NCBI GenBank assembly: GCA_964252035.1
Contig: OZ176216.1
Origin: Podarcis erhardii
Taxonomy: Eukaryota
Length of the DNA: 64,000 bases
Strand: one strand, 5' to 3'
Under the pieces are notes generated by a model. That model was given only the letters and a program-made list of their open reading frames with translations, was not told the DNA's origin and did no database searches. Below, in pieces: positions 11,930-24,546 of this stretch. Each line of letters begins with the position of its first letter. Positions within the stretch are counted from its first letter, which is position 1. The position numbers were made by a program, and so were the translations under genes.

Positions 11930-13014
11930 GGAGTGACTATATTGTTATGTGGTCCAGCCGTTAATTTTTTGAACTGAGCGCCTCAAATTCAGTGTGACAA
12001 ACTCATTACTCCATTGACCCTGAAGTGAGCCCTCATTAAGGAGTAAAATAGTATCTGGTTTCAAAACAGCACTTTACTATGAGTTTTTTTTGTCCTGGTG
12101 GATGCTGGTGCCTTGGTCAGAAATGCATTTTATCAATATTGTTATTCAAAGAGACGGTTTGCAAAACTTACCTCTGAACGATCCAGTAAATTTCTGGCAG
12201 GATTTGCATTGTGAAATGCATGTTAAGGAGACAAACAGGGTGTTCGCATGCATTTAAAGCTAGAGTGCCTTGTTTGGCCATTGCTATTTTGCTTTGCGTG
12301 CACAGATCCATCCCGTCATAATTAGTAATCAAAATTCATCCAAGCGTTTAATGTTCCACCTCTAAATGATGATTAATAGCAAACAATATGGACGTCTAAA
12401 TCTCATCTGAAATGGAGGGGACATGCTATGTTGGCAAAATAATTGAGCATGTTGCATTGCAGTGCAACAGCTCTTTAAAAATGAACACAATTGAAGGGAT
12501 GAAACCTCAGCAAAAGAACAAAATTTACATTTGGTAACAGGGCACTCCACGAGCTTGATCTCGGTTAAAACCAATGGAAAGATTTGCCCAGATAAAACGC
12601 AGAAAGCACTTTTGCAATAAACCCCTGCTCTCAAGAACAGAGGTTGGCTACTTTCATCTTTAAAAAGTGTGTGTGTTATTCCAGGACAGAAGTTCCCACA
12701 CTGTCTGCCGGAGCATGACAGAAATGCTAGTGTGCTACAAGGAATTAAAGTTCTTGTGAGGCCAAAACATCCACCCATCAAAGTGCTGCTGCTGCCCAAC
12801 TCAGTGTTCTGGCCTTGGTTCTTCCAATTTGCCTGTGCCAGGGGCAAGCCATTCTATACCAGGCATTGGATTGCCTCATTGTGGCAGGCTTTTGTGGGCT
12901 CTACTGCCATTGCACACCCACCAGGCTCTCTGGTCAGAGCATCGGAAAGCTCTCTAGTAAGGCCAGCTCTCATCAGAAGGATAGTTTTGAGTGTGCGGTC
13001 ATTTAATCACCATT

Positions 13015-13075
13015 TTTGTTTAGTCGTTTAGTCGTGTCCAACTCTTCGTGACCCCATGGGCTAGAGCACGCCAGG
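13015..13075 (-). mobile_element. BovB extreme 3' end fragment
   Basis: gtttagtcgtttagtcgtgtccaactcttcgtgaccccatgg...agagcacgccaggc, near-identical to the start of 11498-11929. Confidence 0.85.
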
Positions 13076-13259
13076 CATCTGCCATCAGAGCAGAAAAGTG
13101 AGGTCCAGGACAGCTTCTAAAGAAAGATGGGTGGGTAGGAGGAAGAGGGGGATCTTAACCCTTTCCGTGCCTGTCAGTTCTCCCCATCAAAAATCTGAGG
13201 CTGTTTCCCCTTACCAGGCTCCAAAATATAACTACTCGAGAGGAACCATGATACATATA

Positions 13260-13496
13260 CAGTGGTACCTTGGGTTACATACACTTCAGGTTACAGATGC
13301 TTCAGGTTACAGACACAGCTAACCCAGAAATAGTACCTCAGGTTAAGAACTTTGCTTCAGGATGAGAACAGAAATCGGGCGGCGGAGGCACAGCGGCAAC
13401 GGGAGGCCCCATTAACTAAAGTGGTGCTTCAAGTTAAGAACAGTTTCAGGTTAAGACCTCCAGAACGAATTAAGTACTTAACCCGAGGTACCACTG
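13260..13496. mobile_element. Tc1/mariner MITE (same family as 1319-1542)
   Basis: TIR CAGTGGTACCT...AGGTACCACTG, TA flanks, shared internal sequence. Confidence 0.9.
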
Positions 13497-14129
13497 TATA
13501 GGAACCTTGCAGATTCTCTCTGTTAAATGTTCCCAGGTCCTGCATTATTAGCACCATGAGGGATATATGGGAGCCTTGTGTTTCTCTTGTAATGGTTTAA
13601 TTTCACTCTTACAGAGAGTGTGTGTGTGCTACAGAGATACACTTTGCGATGTTGCAGATGCAACTGCCTGTGTTCCATGAAGGCAACTTGTGGTCCCTTT
13701 GTTGAATTTCAGTTTCTGGTCAAATTAAAATCTCTTGGTCTTCCCAGCTCCTTGATCTTGCTGCCTCTGACTCTTGGCTGCGTTAACAGTTGTCCTTCAC
13801 ACTCTCGGGATGAAGCATTACTAGTACCTTAATCTCCAACTGTCAATAGTTCTGAAGCAAAGTACATTTGTTGTAAGCTCTCCAAATGTCAGAGCAAACC
13901 TGTGTTATGTGCTTAGCCTAAGCGTTTGGCATTTACTCTTCCCAGCTGAGAAAAGTAGGCACAGTCCTTGGACTTGAGCTACTCGAGTGCATTTTAATTA
14001 TGAGTAGCAGGCCTCAGACATGGAGATAGACGGGGGGGGGGTGACCAAGAAAATGATGCCAGTCTCCAGGTGTTTCTTTTTTGAGGGTGCAACTCAGGAT
14101 GTAGAGGAAACATTAGCTGCAGGCAAAGT

Positions 14130-14278
14130 GGCAAAGCATCAGCCTCCCTCTGCCACCTACAAAATGGGCAATATAATATAGAACAGGCCTACTTTACAGA
14201 TTGTTGTAAGGATTATTCAGATATTATGTGTGAAGCACTTTGAGTACGCTGACGTCATATATAAATGCTGAGCATTAA
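14130..14278 (+). mobile_element. Old MIR/CORE-like SINE fragment
   Basis: ...acaaaatgggcaat...ctactttacagattgttgtaaggatta...tgtgaagcactttgag...tataaatgct. Confidence 0.45.
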
Positions 14279-14337
14279 CTTGGTATTAATTCTGTACAGG
14301 AACAGTAATCTTGTAATGTTTTGTACAAAGTCAGTTT

Positions 14338-14460
14338 TCTCTCCTTCATTGGAAGTTTGTAAGCAGAGGTTGGATGGCCATCGGTCATGGATTCCTGCAT
14401 TGCAGGGGGTTGGACTAGATGGTCCTTGGGGTCCCTTCCAACTCTACAATTCTATTATTC
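14338..14460 (+). mobile_element. CR1 LINE 3' end
   Basis: ccttcattggaagtttgtaagcagaggttggatggcca...ggactagatggtccttggggtcccttccaactctacaattcta. Confidence 0.85.
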
Positions 14461-14678
14461 TTCACCTGTCTTTGGTGTAATTTGATTGTATCCAGTGCTA
14501 GTCCTACTCAGAGTAGCCCCATTGAAAATAATGGGCATGACTAACTTGGGCCCATTAATTTCAGTTGTTATCCTCTAAGTAAAACTTGGTTATATATAAC
14601 CTGTTGGTATTTGTGCAACTTAAGATCCAACATTTAAATCTTATTCTTCTCTCTCTCTCAAACACTTCTATATTCAAG

Positions 14679-14753
14679 GTTATCCAAATTTTGTCGCGAC
14701 CTATGGCCGAGGATACCCTGGATTTGCCCCCAGTTACAGTTATCAGTTCCCAG
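14679..14753 (+). CDS. MSI2: Musashi-2 coding exon: (G)[24 protein letters not shown]
   Basis: 75 nt, acceptor ...cttctatattcaag|GT, donor CCAG|gtacgt, phase 1-1. Joins in frame to exon 287-401. Matches MSI2 [19 protein letters not shown](G)YQFP. Confidence 0.97.
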
Positions 14754-15146
14754 GTACGTGAAATTTTAATATGTATAATTTAATCGAGCAAAAGAAAAGA
14801 AAATTCCAAACACATCCTATTAGGGAACTTACTCATGAGCAAAGAATGCATAGGATTGCACTGCAAGTCCATAATTCAACTGAGACAACAACAGCAGCAA
14901 AGTCTCTAAATGGAGGACCTTTTGGTAGTGCTCAAGGTGTCATTTTCTTTCTGGTTTACTGAAATAAATGGCGGGGGGGGGAGAACCTGATTTCATTTTG
15001 GGTTTTAATTGGTACTGGTTATTTGTAAACAGAATTCCTTTGAAACAGCACACAATTAGGTATTTTACTTCCCTTTTTGTAAGGCACGTCTTTCTCCCCG
15101 CCTGCCCCCGCAAAGTTGAGTTTGTTTGTAGTGCTATGCAGAAGAG

Positions 15147-15208
15147 TCTCTCTCTGTCTCTGTCTCTGTCTTTCTCTTTCTCTTTCTCTTTCTCTTTCTC
15201 TTTCTCTT
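15147..15208. repeat. (TCTCTG)n/(TCTCTT)n polypyrimidine microsatellite
   Basis: Directly visible; source of the EKEK/RERE/SFSF ORFs. Confidence 0.95.
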
Positions 15209-18200
15209 GCACTCTGCACAGAGATGAGGCTTCACCTAATACCTTCCCTCTTGTTTGTTTCTCTTCCCCTCTTCTTCCATTTTGTGCAGCTGTCAGATCT
15301 GCTGCTTTTAGCAATCTCTGTTCAGTCCGTGTTTAATACCTCCAGTCGTCACTTTGAGAACTCCTGAGGTTTTGAAATGGTAGGCTGGCTGGCTTTTAAA
15401 CATTCCCTCCTGCCGATAATGAGCAGCCCCTCGCATTTCATCTCTGCCACTATCAACAGGCAGTCACTGAAACCAAATGCCCTGGATTTTGTTTTTATGC
15501 CAGCAACGCTTCAAGCTTAAACTGGAGATTCCAGAAAGTGTATGGTGTCTGCCCCCCCTCCCCCCGGCATCTTATCCACCTCAGGATAAGTAGGGCTGTG
15601 GAGCCAATTTCGGACCGGTGAGCTTGCTGCTTGCTAATAGCAAAGGCCCACCTGGAGACCACAGCAAGGAAACTGTTGCACTGCATGTTAAATTCATTAA
15701 TGCGTGTTGCAAAGTGTGAGGTTATGCCACCTTGCCCTGCATTCTGTAATTGCGTACAAGGGAAATGATGGGGAAACAGCCTTTCTAGGGTTAATTAAGA
15801 AAACCAAGTTTAAGGCAGCTTCATTTTTTAAAAAAATCAATAGAAACCAAAAGAAAACAAGGTCTTATAGTAGAAATATTTTAGACTTCAAGGAAGCAAG
15901 TACAGCCTTAAAAACTACCTAGGATAATCTATACTGCCAGGTTTATTTGGTTAACCATTCCTGGATTCTAGAGAGTTGGGAAAGCTTCCCACCAACTTTT
16001 ATTCTTATAAAACGAGGCCTCTTAAGAGTATTTTAGATTTTTCCCAATGACAGAGGCCTGTCACATTCACTGTTGCAACATTTTCCAAATGTTCCACCAT
16101 TTCTGTCTTCATTTCCATGTCTTGCACAAACACTTTTAGGCCCTGGCAAGATTAAATTATGGAGACCCATGATCAGATCAGTTTCTCCAAACAGGACAAA
16201 TAGCAGCCGGATATAGGATCATTTTCGGAGGGGGAAATGGCACTGAAGGAAAGGGGTTAACCCCATCTCTCCCCCCCCCCCAGTTGTTAAGGGTGGTTAA
16301 AACAAAAAGGGATTCCAAGCTGCAAAAGGACCCTCCCCAAAGGATCTCTCCAAAGGCAAAGCATTTGTTCTGCCACTGAGTTGAGTACTCTGAAGTGCCA
16401 CAAACAGTAACCTTATTTTGCATATTTTCAGTACCGTACATTGCAGTGCAGTTGTGAATGTAATGATAGTTATGGTACCAACTGCATGTTGCTGGGGATC
16501 CTCTTCTGCTCCTATGTGATCTTGGACAAGTCAGTGAACATTACTACTGTTTGACTCCTTGTTTTGTGAAAATTGAGGGTAGAGGAAACACTGGTCATAG
16601 GTGTGTGGTGGGACAGACTAGGTTAGAAACTGAGGTGTTAAGGTACTTTCAGAAGCCCAAATGGTCAGCTTGTCCATTTTGTTCTGTTTCCATTAAAACA
16701 ACAACTGTGATTTGTTGGTATGTTTTGCATTAGCTTTGACTGAGAACTATTACCTTTTCATTCTGCCTGACCACAAGTTCAGTGTATCTTTAAAAGCTTG
16801 CATACTCTTACACCAGTGGATGCATAAAAGGTGTTTTTAAAAATCACTTAAGTGCAGATTCTTCAGCTTGCAATAAAGAAACCCAAATATTTCTGCTCTA
16901 GACTTGGTGGCTGTCAGCATCAGCTGCTGAATGTGACCCAGCGGAGCATTTACTGTGAAATTGAAGCTCTCACTGATGGTAGCTTGGCCTGCTAGCCTAC
17001 CATGGACAATTGGGATTCCATATTTTGTGGCAATTAACCTGGTTGATCCTTTGCTTGGTCTGTGCATGCAGCTTGACACTATTGCAGCCAAGATCAGTAA
17101 ATATTTGGTTAAGCAATTGCCAGAAATACTACTACTAAAAAGGGGTGAGTGGGTCTGGTTTATGCTGGGCCAAGTCTGTCATCCTACTGAGCGTAAGTAA
17201 AAAAAAGGCAAAAATTGAGATCCCCGCCATTTCCCCTGGGAGATGTTGATGTCAGTAAGACTTTACCATAGCTGCTTCCATGTGTTGGATGCTACCAGTT
17301 TAAATGACACAGCATCCAGGCAGTGGTCCCCAGACCTGGGACTAGGTGGGAGGCAGCAGGGCACTTGCACACCTTTCCTCCACTCTGAGCACTGACTTCT
17401 AGGTTTTGTTTATTCTTGCCATTTCCTCTATCTTTTGCCAGCCACCAATAAATGGTATCATTATTGTTGTTTGTATGCCAGCAGCAATGCTGTGTCTGGC
17501 ATTTTACAAAGACTGAGGTGACAGGTGCCTTCCCTCAAGGAGTTTACCATCTAAAATAGACACAAGTGAGTCAATAGAGGAAGGGAAAGGAACTGAAGAC
17601 AGGGTAAGCAGAGGTACAATAAGTGTGTGTTTCTGTTATGCAGGCTTCGTTGCAACAGGCCCTTTAGCTGGGAATACTCAAGGATCTAGCTTGGTTCGCA
17701 TTTTTCAGCAAACAGACAAGAATTACACTTCCTGGGTTGATACATCAAGTCAGGACACAGTTGTTTCCTTTGGTTTCTGCATTTCTTCAGACTTGATGAT
17801 GCAGCTGTCAGCTTTAAAAAAGGACCACAGTGCATATTAAAATACAAATGCATTAAAAAATAAGGGGAATTGTTGTGCAGTTTAAGAAAAAAACCACAGA
17901 TTCATTCAGAAACAGGATGGAATGGACTTAAGCTTGAACCCATGTGAGAGGGATACAGAGCAGAAATAGGTTATTCATGCCTGCATGTAGCTAACTGGAT
18001 GTATTATGTGTCTATCAGAGGATGACTGGTGTCTGCTTCTAGTTTTACTTCTGGGGTCAGCCTTAAGATACGAGCTAATTTAACCTGGGGGCAAATGCTG
18101 TGTAAATGAAATGTATGAGCAGCATACATGACAAACAGGTGTGAGCTGCTGCTGGCTTGGAGCTGAGGGGAAAGCCAGGGGCTCATTCCCATTGGCTTGG

Positions 18201-18534
18201 AGTGCCTTCCCAAATCAGCATGATGTCAGCCTGCACGGAGGAGTGGGGGAGTCATTGGTGAACACACATTTTGACTGGCTGTCTCCAAATGGGTCTCTGC
18301 ACATTAAGGAAGCTTCTGGCCCCCACAACTGTTAAACCTTATATCCAGAGGATATAAGGCAGGATTGGAGCCATCCAAGTCCCTTGGAAGTAAATTGGGG
18401 GTTATTCAGAAACAGCAACTGCTAGGATACAATAAAGTTGGGTTTGATTGGATGCGGCTTTCTTTAACCATTCTCACTGTGTGTCAGAAGTATTCATTAC
18501 AGTGCAGTCCCTTTGTCAGTTCCTGTTAACAGTA

Positions 18535-18899
18535 AAGGTAAAGGTAAAGGGACCCCTGACCATTAGGTCCAGTCGCGGACAACTCTGGGGTTGCAGCGCT
18601 CATCTCGCTTTACTGGCCGAGGGAGCCGCCGTTTGTCTGCAGACAGCTTCCGGGTCATGTGGCCAGCATGACTAAGACGCTTCTGGCGAACCAGAGCAGC
18701 GCACGGAAATGCCGTTTACCTTCCCACCAGAGTGGTACCTATTTATCTACTTGCACTTTGATGTGCTTTTGAACTGCTAGCTTGGCAGGAGCAGGAACCG
18801 AGCAACGGGAGCTCACCCCGTCGTGGGGATTCAAACCGCCGACCTTCCAATCGGCAAGCCCTGGGCTCTGTGCTTTAGACCACAGCACCACCCGCGCCA
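18535..18899 (-). mobile_element. Sauria SINE, full length, 13-bp TSD
   Basis: Flanked by CCTGTTAACAGTA at 18522-18534 and 18900-18912. Carries the gtttgtctgcagac insert that the 8998 copy lacks. Confidence 0.95.
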
Positions 18900-19729
18900 C
18901 CTGTTAACAGTATGGAACCTAAATATAGTACAGATTTTCTCCCAAAAAAAGTTTTACTCAAGAGTAGACCCATTGATGTTATAAAAATAGTATGGTTCTG
19001 AAGTCTTAACTAAACTAAGAAACATCCGCTTACCCTGAGGCATTGCCAGGTCTCTTCCTTGCATTAAACTGAAATATTATGCTGTTAAGTTACAATTGCA
19101 GAGAACCCGGGACTGCCGTTGGTTTTTATATTTTGATACCAGCAGACTTGCCACTAAGTGCTCTCTTTCAAATTTGCTTTTTGTTTGCTTGCTTTTTAAG
19201 CAAATAAAATGCCAGTTGACACTGCATGGTAATGTGATATTTACTCTTGTCAGGTGAAACAATGCCGCAATCCACCTGTTCCATTATGCGTGTTTGTTTT
19301 CATTATTTGAGTAGAGGGGAACGTGGGTTTCTTTTGGGGGGAGGTTGTTTGTTTGTTTTAGCTGCAGCCATTTTGCTTTCTTTATGATGTTGCCTCTGTG
19401 GCATGTTTTTAAAATAATTTTTGGATAAAATCTCTGGCATCTGTGTCAACTTGGCCTTCTCAGGGGTGACAGCCTCTACCCCAGGAGTCATTGGCTGCCT
19501 CTTATTGCTTGGATGAGTTTCCATTATTGAGGACTGAGGATGTGGAAAAGGTCTTTGGCGCGGTTGATATAACCACTTGTACTCTGAATTCATCTTCCTC
19601 AGTGCTTGATACCTGTTTGCGGTGAAGTATTGTCTGAAACTGTCAGGCTTATAGGCTCTTCTTCGCAGGGAGAAGTGCTCTTCAGTGCTTAGCCAGTTTC
19701 TGGTGAGGTGCCTCTAATCTTAATTTATT

Positions 19730-20640
19730 GGGGAAGGTGATCATGTGGTTGGTCATCTCCAAGTGCTCTTAGATTATCTGGACACATTTAATGTTTTCAG
19801 GCCTGGCTTTGTGGCAAAAATAGTCTTGGCCATGTAAGCCCCCTTTACTGCATGGGGAGCAGAGGAAGTGTGATACTATTGATTCTCTACTTTTCAGTAT
19901 CTGTCGGTACCATTCACTGTAGTGTCCTTCTGGAATATCCGACAAGATTGGGAATAGGGAACGCTGCCTTGCAGGGGTCCTACACCTAACTTTTGCGTTA
20001 GTTTCAGGAAACAGGGAGAGAGATAGACTCTAGCGCTATTCAAGTGGAGGTATCTGTTGGGGCTGTCCTTAGGGCTCTGTTCTGTCTGCTCTGGCACTAA
20101 ACGTCTGCATGAAACCACTGGAAAGAGGTGATGTTTGGATCTGGAGTAAACCCAGCTGCCCTTTCCCTTTTCCTCAAATCCTTGCAATTGTGGCATTCTT
20201 GAGCAGAGGTCTACAGAGTCAGGGCTGCAACAAATGATTATTGGCAATAGGTGGATCACCATCTGGGAGTAGGCAATTGGTCAGTCTGCACCTTAATGAG
20301 TAGCCATTCTATAGAACGAATAGATCCACAGCTTTGAGGGGGTGTTTCTGGTTGCTTCTTGGGTGTGGCTTCTGGCTATGTGGCCAGAATTTCTTTTTCA
20401 AGCTTTACGTGTGGCGGTGTCTTCATAATTCTCCTTGATAACCTCTTGGCAAAGCTCCTCTAATTTCCTTTGCATGAAGTTGACTTACAAGTGGTCCACA
20501 GCGGCATTGGCTGGACTCTTGACACAGAGTGTCTCCTGCGGCCGTGTTACATTTGCACTGTGGCTATGAGTTGTTTTCTTGGCACAGCTGAAGACATTGC
20601 CGTTGATGTTTAAGCCCTACTTGGTCTAGGTAGGCCCTGG
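19730..20640 (+). mobile_element. Highly decayed L2-type reverse-transcriptase fragment
   Basis: gattatctggacacattt...caggcctggctttgtggca...gtgtgatactattgattctc...gtccttctgg resembles the L2 RT segment DYLDPFQSGFRPG...SLLVLLDLSAAFDT. Confidence 0.5.
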
Positions 20641-21390
20641 TCACTTGAAAGAATGCTTATCACCGATAAAACCCTCTCCCAGGGTATCAAGATCAGAGGA
20701 GCAGGGCCTCTTGCAAATACCCTTCCTCCTGAGAAATTAAGAGAAGTGGCTCCCAAATCCATGAACTCCAAATGGTGGAACATTACTTGTCTGCCTCTCC
20801 ATCTCTCTTTCTCTCTTTCCCTCTTTCTTCCTTCTCTGTGCCTTTAGGAGGCATGGGGGGGAACCATTCCCCCCTTTTAAGGTGAGTATTCATGCTGCAG
20901 TCCTAAGCCTTGCTTGTTTTGACTCTCCTTTCTATAATGTGTCACCTTGCCTGTTTTTATTTTATTTCATTGTTATTTTATGTTGTGGTTTTATTGCTTG
21001 AATTGTGAACTGCTTTGTAAAAAAAAATGTCAGAAAGTGGTATACACGTTTAGTATATAATATATAAACCTGTCATTTCCTCAATAATTCATGGGAAGAA
21101 ATGGTGTCTGTCACCTTCTGGGAAGGTGGAAGGAATGCCACACACTTTGACAACTAAGGTCGCAATCCTCAGCATACAACTTGGGAGCAAGCCCCATTGT
21201 ACTCAATGGGACCTTCTTCTGAATAGACATGGATGGGATCAGGCTGCACTTCTAGCTTTCCTTAGCCCCCATTATGCTTTTTGAAACCAATTGAAATTGC
21301 TCGCTATCCTGTCTCCCCTTTTTAAAAAAAGTTCTCGGACTTATCTTTACAGTTTAATCTATTAATTTCTGTTCTTATTTCACTTTGCAG

Positions 21391-21431
21391 ACTATTTGCC
21401 GATTTCACAAGACATAATTTTTATCAACTAG
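21391..21431 (+). CDS. MSI2: MSI2 alternative terminal coding exon: (D)YLPISQDIIFIN*
   Basis: Strong acceptor ttctgttcttatttcactttgcag|AC. In frame after YQFP, stop TAG at 21429-21431. Nearly identical to the recalled short mammalian MSI2 isoform end DYLPVSQDIIFIN. Confidence 0.88.
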
Positions 21432-23130
21432 TTCTTAAAGATGCATAACAAATTAATCGGGGTTTACTGCAGTGCTAATGAGAGAGAGTGAGAGAGAGTG
21501 AGAGAGAGAAAGCCTGGGTGGTCTGTACATTAATATCAGTATCCACTGGAAAAAAATATGCTGCTCTTACTGACTCCTTTGGCTGACTGGACTATATTTT
21601 TTTAAAAAGAAAATCTCCATATCTTTTTCCTGTTTTTTGATTTTTCCTTCTTTTTGTTCCCCCACCCCCTGCTTTGTATGAGTTTGTTTTTTTTAATACC
21701 CACATGGAATGTAACTCACATCAGGGTTGGCTGCGGGTGAAGGCATTACAATTTCTCACAAACTTTTAGGGACAATTCTCTTGTCTTCACTGAGATGTGC
21801 TGTTTGACCCACCTTAAAAAGTCCGGAAGGAGATTTCGGCTGGCATTTATTGCTATACATCAGCTCTGAGACGCAACAGCAGCTATCCCTTGTTGGCGTT
21901 CAGAATGGTGGTTGCTACAGCTATTGGACAAATGAGGAGGAGGAATCTGATTAAAATTAATCCGGTTGGTGGAGGTCACTTTTGGTTTGGGATGGATCTT
22001 TCAGTAGCCATTATGCTGTGGACTGCTCCGCACCACCACAAAAGCCATAAACGCTGGTTCAAATAACTGACCAAGAGCTCTGCTTAGAGAACTCAGTTGT
22101 GCTCCCTCTTAAATGTAAAGCTGCCTTGCCAATCAACTCATGGACCTTGGTGTTCATCGTACGACTGACACTGAGTTGCTGCCGAAAGCAGAATCCCTGA
22201 CACCAGGTCATGTTGTGGTATCATCATGACACGTTTCCTGGTTAGCAGCAGCCCAGCCCTTCCCAGGCTTAATTGAGTGAACTGCTGGCAGCCAATTTGG
22301 CAGACTAATCTGAGTTGTTGGGATGAGGCCTGGTTGGTCCTTGAGGTGGGTGGTCCATCTGTGCAAGGGGCTTACCACCTTCAGACATTAGGTCGGGGCT
22401 GCCGTGATAGAATCCTTTGCACAGGGGCATTCCCTGCACATAGAAACCTGGATGTCTGAGTTCCAACCTAGCCTTCCTCCTGACATGCTAGCGCTCTGTG
22501 TGCAGAGACCGAAGGAGCATTCTGTTTTGTGAGCCACTGCCTGCAGTTCAGACAGCTGGGCCTCACTGTCACTGCTCTGTGGCTTTGAGACTTCCATGGG
22601 AATTGGCTTTCCAGCTGTATGACAAGTCTGGGCACCCTCCTGTATTGATAATGCAACAAAGAAAACAGGCCCTTCTACTTATTTCCTAAGTTTGTGAGAA
22701 ATTGGCTGCATGCTTACAGTAGGACTGGGATGCATTTTTAAATATATGTTTAATTCACTTGTTTAAAATGTCAAAGTCACTGCAATCGGAGTTGTGCTGT
22801 TCATTTAATAATGGTGCTTGATGTAATAACTGTTTAGTTTTTCTCTTTTTTCTCTTTTTTGCAAGCTATGGCTTTTGAAACCTGTATGGCTTTTTTAATT
22901 ATTATTTTGCGGGGGAGGGTTTTTTGCTATTATTTGCTTTGCATTTGTGATCTTGTCCTAGAATGCATGATTTTGCAGACATTTAACTGTTGTATGATTT
23001 TTTTTTCTTAATTCCTTTGGTTTCTTTTGTAAGTAGTTCATCTGTGCTTTTCTTTGCTTTTCTTTTTTGGTTAAAAAAAAAAATCCTTGTAGAAAAGGTA
23101 GAAAAAGTGATAATAAATTGTTACAATAGA
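21432..23130 (+). other. MSI2: Probable 3' UTR of the short MSI2 isoform (3' end uncertain)
   Basis: Follows the stop codon. U-rich, largely TE-free sequence. AATAAA at 23112-23117, with another at 24069-24074. Confidence 0.45.
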
Positions 23131-24501
23131 CAAGCTGTGTTTTTGCTCTCTTAGCTTGCACTTTCAATTCGGTTGTACCAAATAACCAGTACCAATAACA
23201 ATGTAATGAAAAAATACATAAGTTAGTAAAAAGCATGGCATCTCTTTTCAACATGCGTCAAAGTTTTGCTGCAGATTAAATGTTGCATTTTAGTTCAATA
23301 TATTTAAATGAAAGTATAAAAGCAATGGGAATATGTAGATTACTGGTGGGTTGTATCTTTTTTTTTATGACAGCACAAAGAATGAGCCATGCTGACCTCT
23401 GAGTATCCTAGCTGTCCATGTTAAACAAAAATAGGCTTCATGGGCACAATAATATTTTAGATCAACAGCAGCTAACTTTTTCAGTCTGAAAATCGGCCAC
23501 ATTGACTCATAGTAAACCCATACTAAGAGTCACACGTCAAAGTGGGGGTGGTCAAAAGTTTTTGTGTCGTTTTGTTATTAAGGTCAGTTGGTTGGGGGGC
23601 AATGTCACAAAACCTTTTGGCATCACAGCAGGGGACTGGAAGTATAAAGTAGTTTTTATTTTATTTTTAAAAGATAATGGTAACATTTCAAAGAACAAAT
23701 TGGTGGTCTGGGTCCTTGGAGAGCCACAATGAAGCTTTTGCATCACAGAATCACAGCAGGGGATCTATGGAGCAGTTAGTGAAAAAGAACTATCTGGGGA
23801 AAGGAGGTCTAAGGGGCACCAAAGAACCTCTTTTGGGCTGGATACGTCCTGCAGGCCATGGGTTAACCATCCCTGTTTTAGAGACTGGGATGACAAAAAG
23901 CCCACTGAATTCATAAACAAAGAAATACTCAGAAGGAAGCTCAGATCAATCGTGGACAAGCTCTTGGTTTCCAGATCTGTTCTGGAAGGTATTTGAAAAG
24001 TGTTTTTCGATGAGTTGTTGGGGTTGTTTGTTTTTTAACACATGGGAGTGAGTAGCACTCTACTGTAAAATAAATGCAATTCGTCCATCCACTGCAGTTT
24101 GCCACCTGTCTCTCTAAAAAAAAATGACACGCAAATCACATTAACGCAAATCACATGCAAGAATAAGAATACAACATTGCTGAGGCCTTCCTTCACGTCA
24201 TGCCTAATTTCGCAGGGCTCTGACCATAAAATTATTTAGGTGCTAGTTTTTCTCAGCTCATGAAATCTGCCCTAGTTTGGCCAAGCTAGACCTGTCTGCA
24301 GTGTTGGGGTGTCCATGCATGAATGTGCACGCACATAAAATGAGTAAATGAAGAGGGTGATCAAATGGAGTTTTTACATCCTGACTTAGCTGTGTTCAAC
24401 CCTGGGTAGGACCCCAAAAACTTATTTAATTCTGAAAGTTTCAGGTTTCATCAAAATTTGTGAAATGTGTCAGACTGCAGTTCTGATGAGACTTTCATCT
24501 A

Positions 24502-24546
<45 letters not shown>
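24502..24546. repeat. (TACT)n tetranucleotide microsatellite
   Basis: About 11 perfect units. Confidence 0.97.

Noticed and set aside
14940-15367. EKEK/RERE/SFSF-repeat ORFs on both strands
   Set aside because: Produced by the CT-rich microsatellite at 15147-15208.
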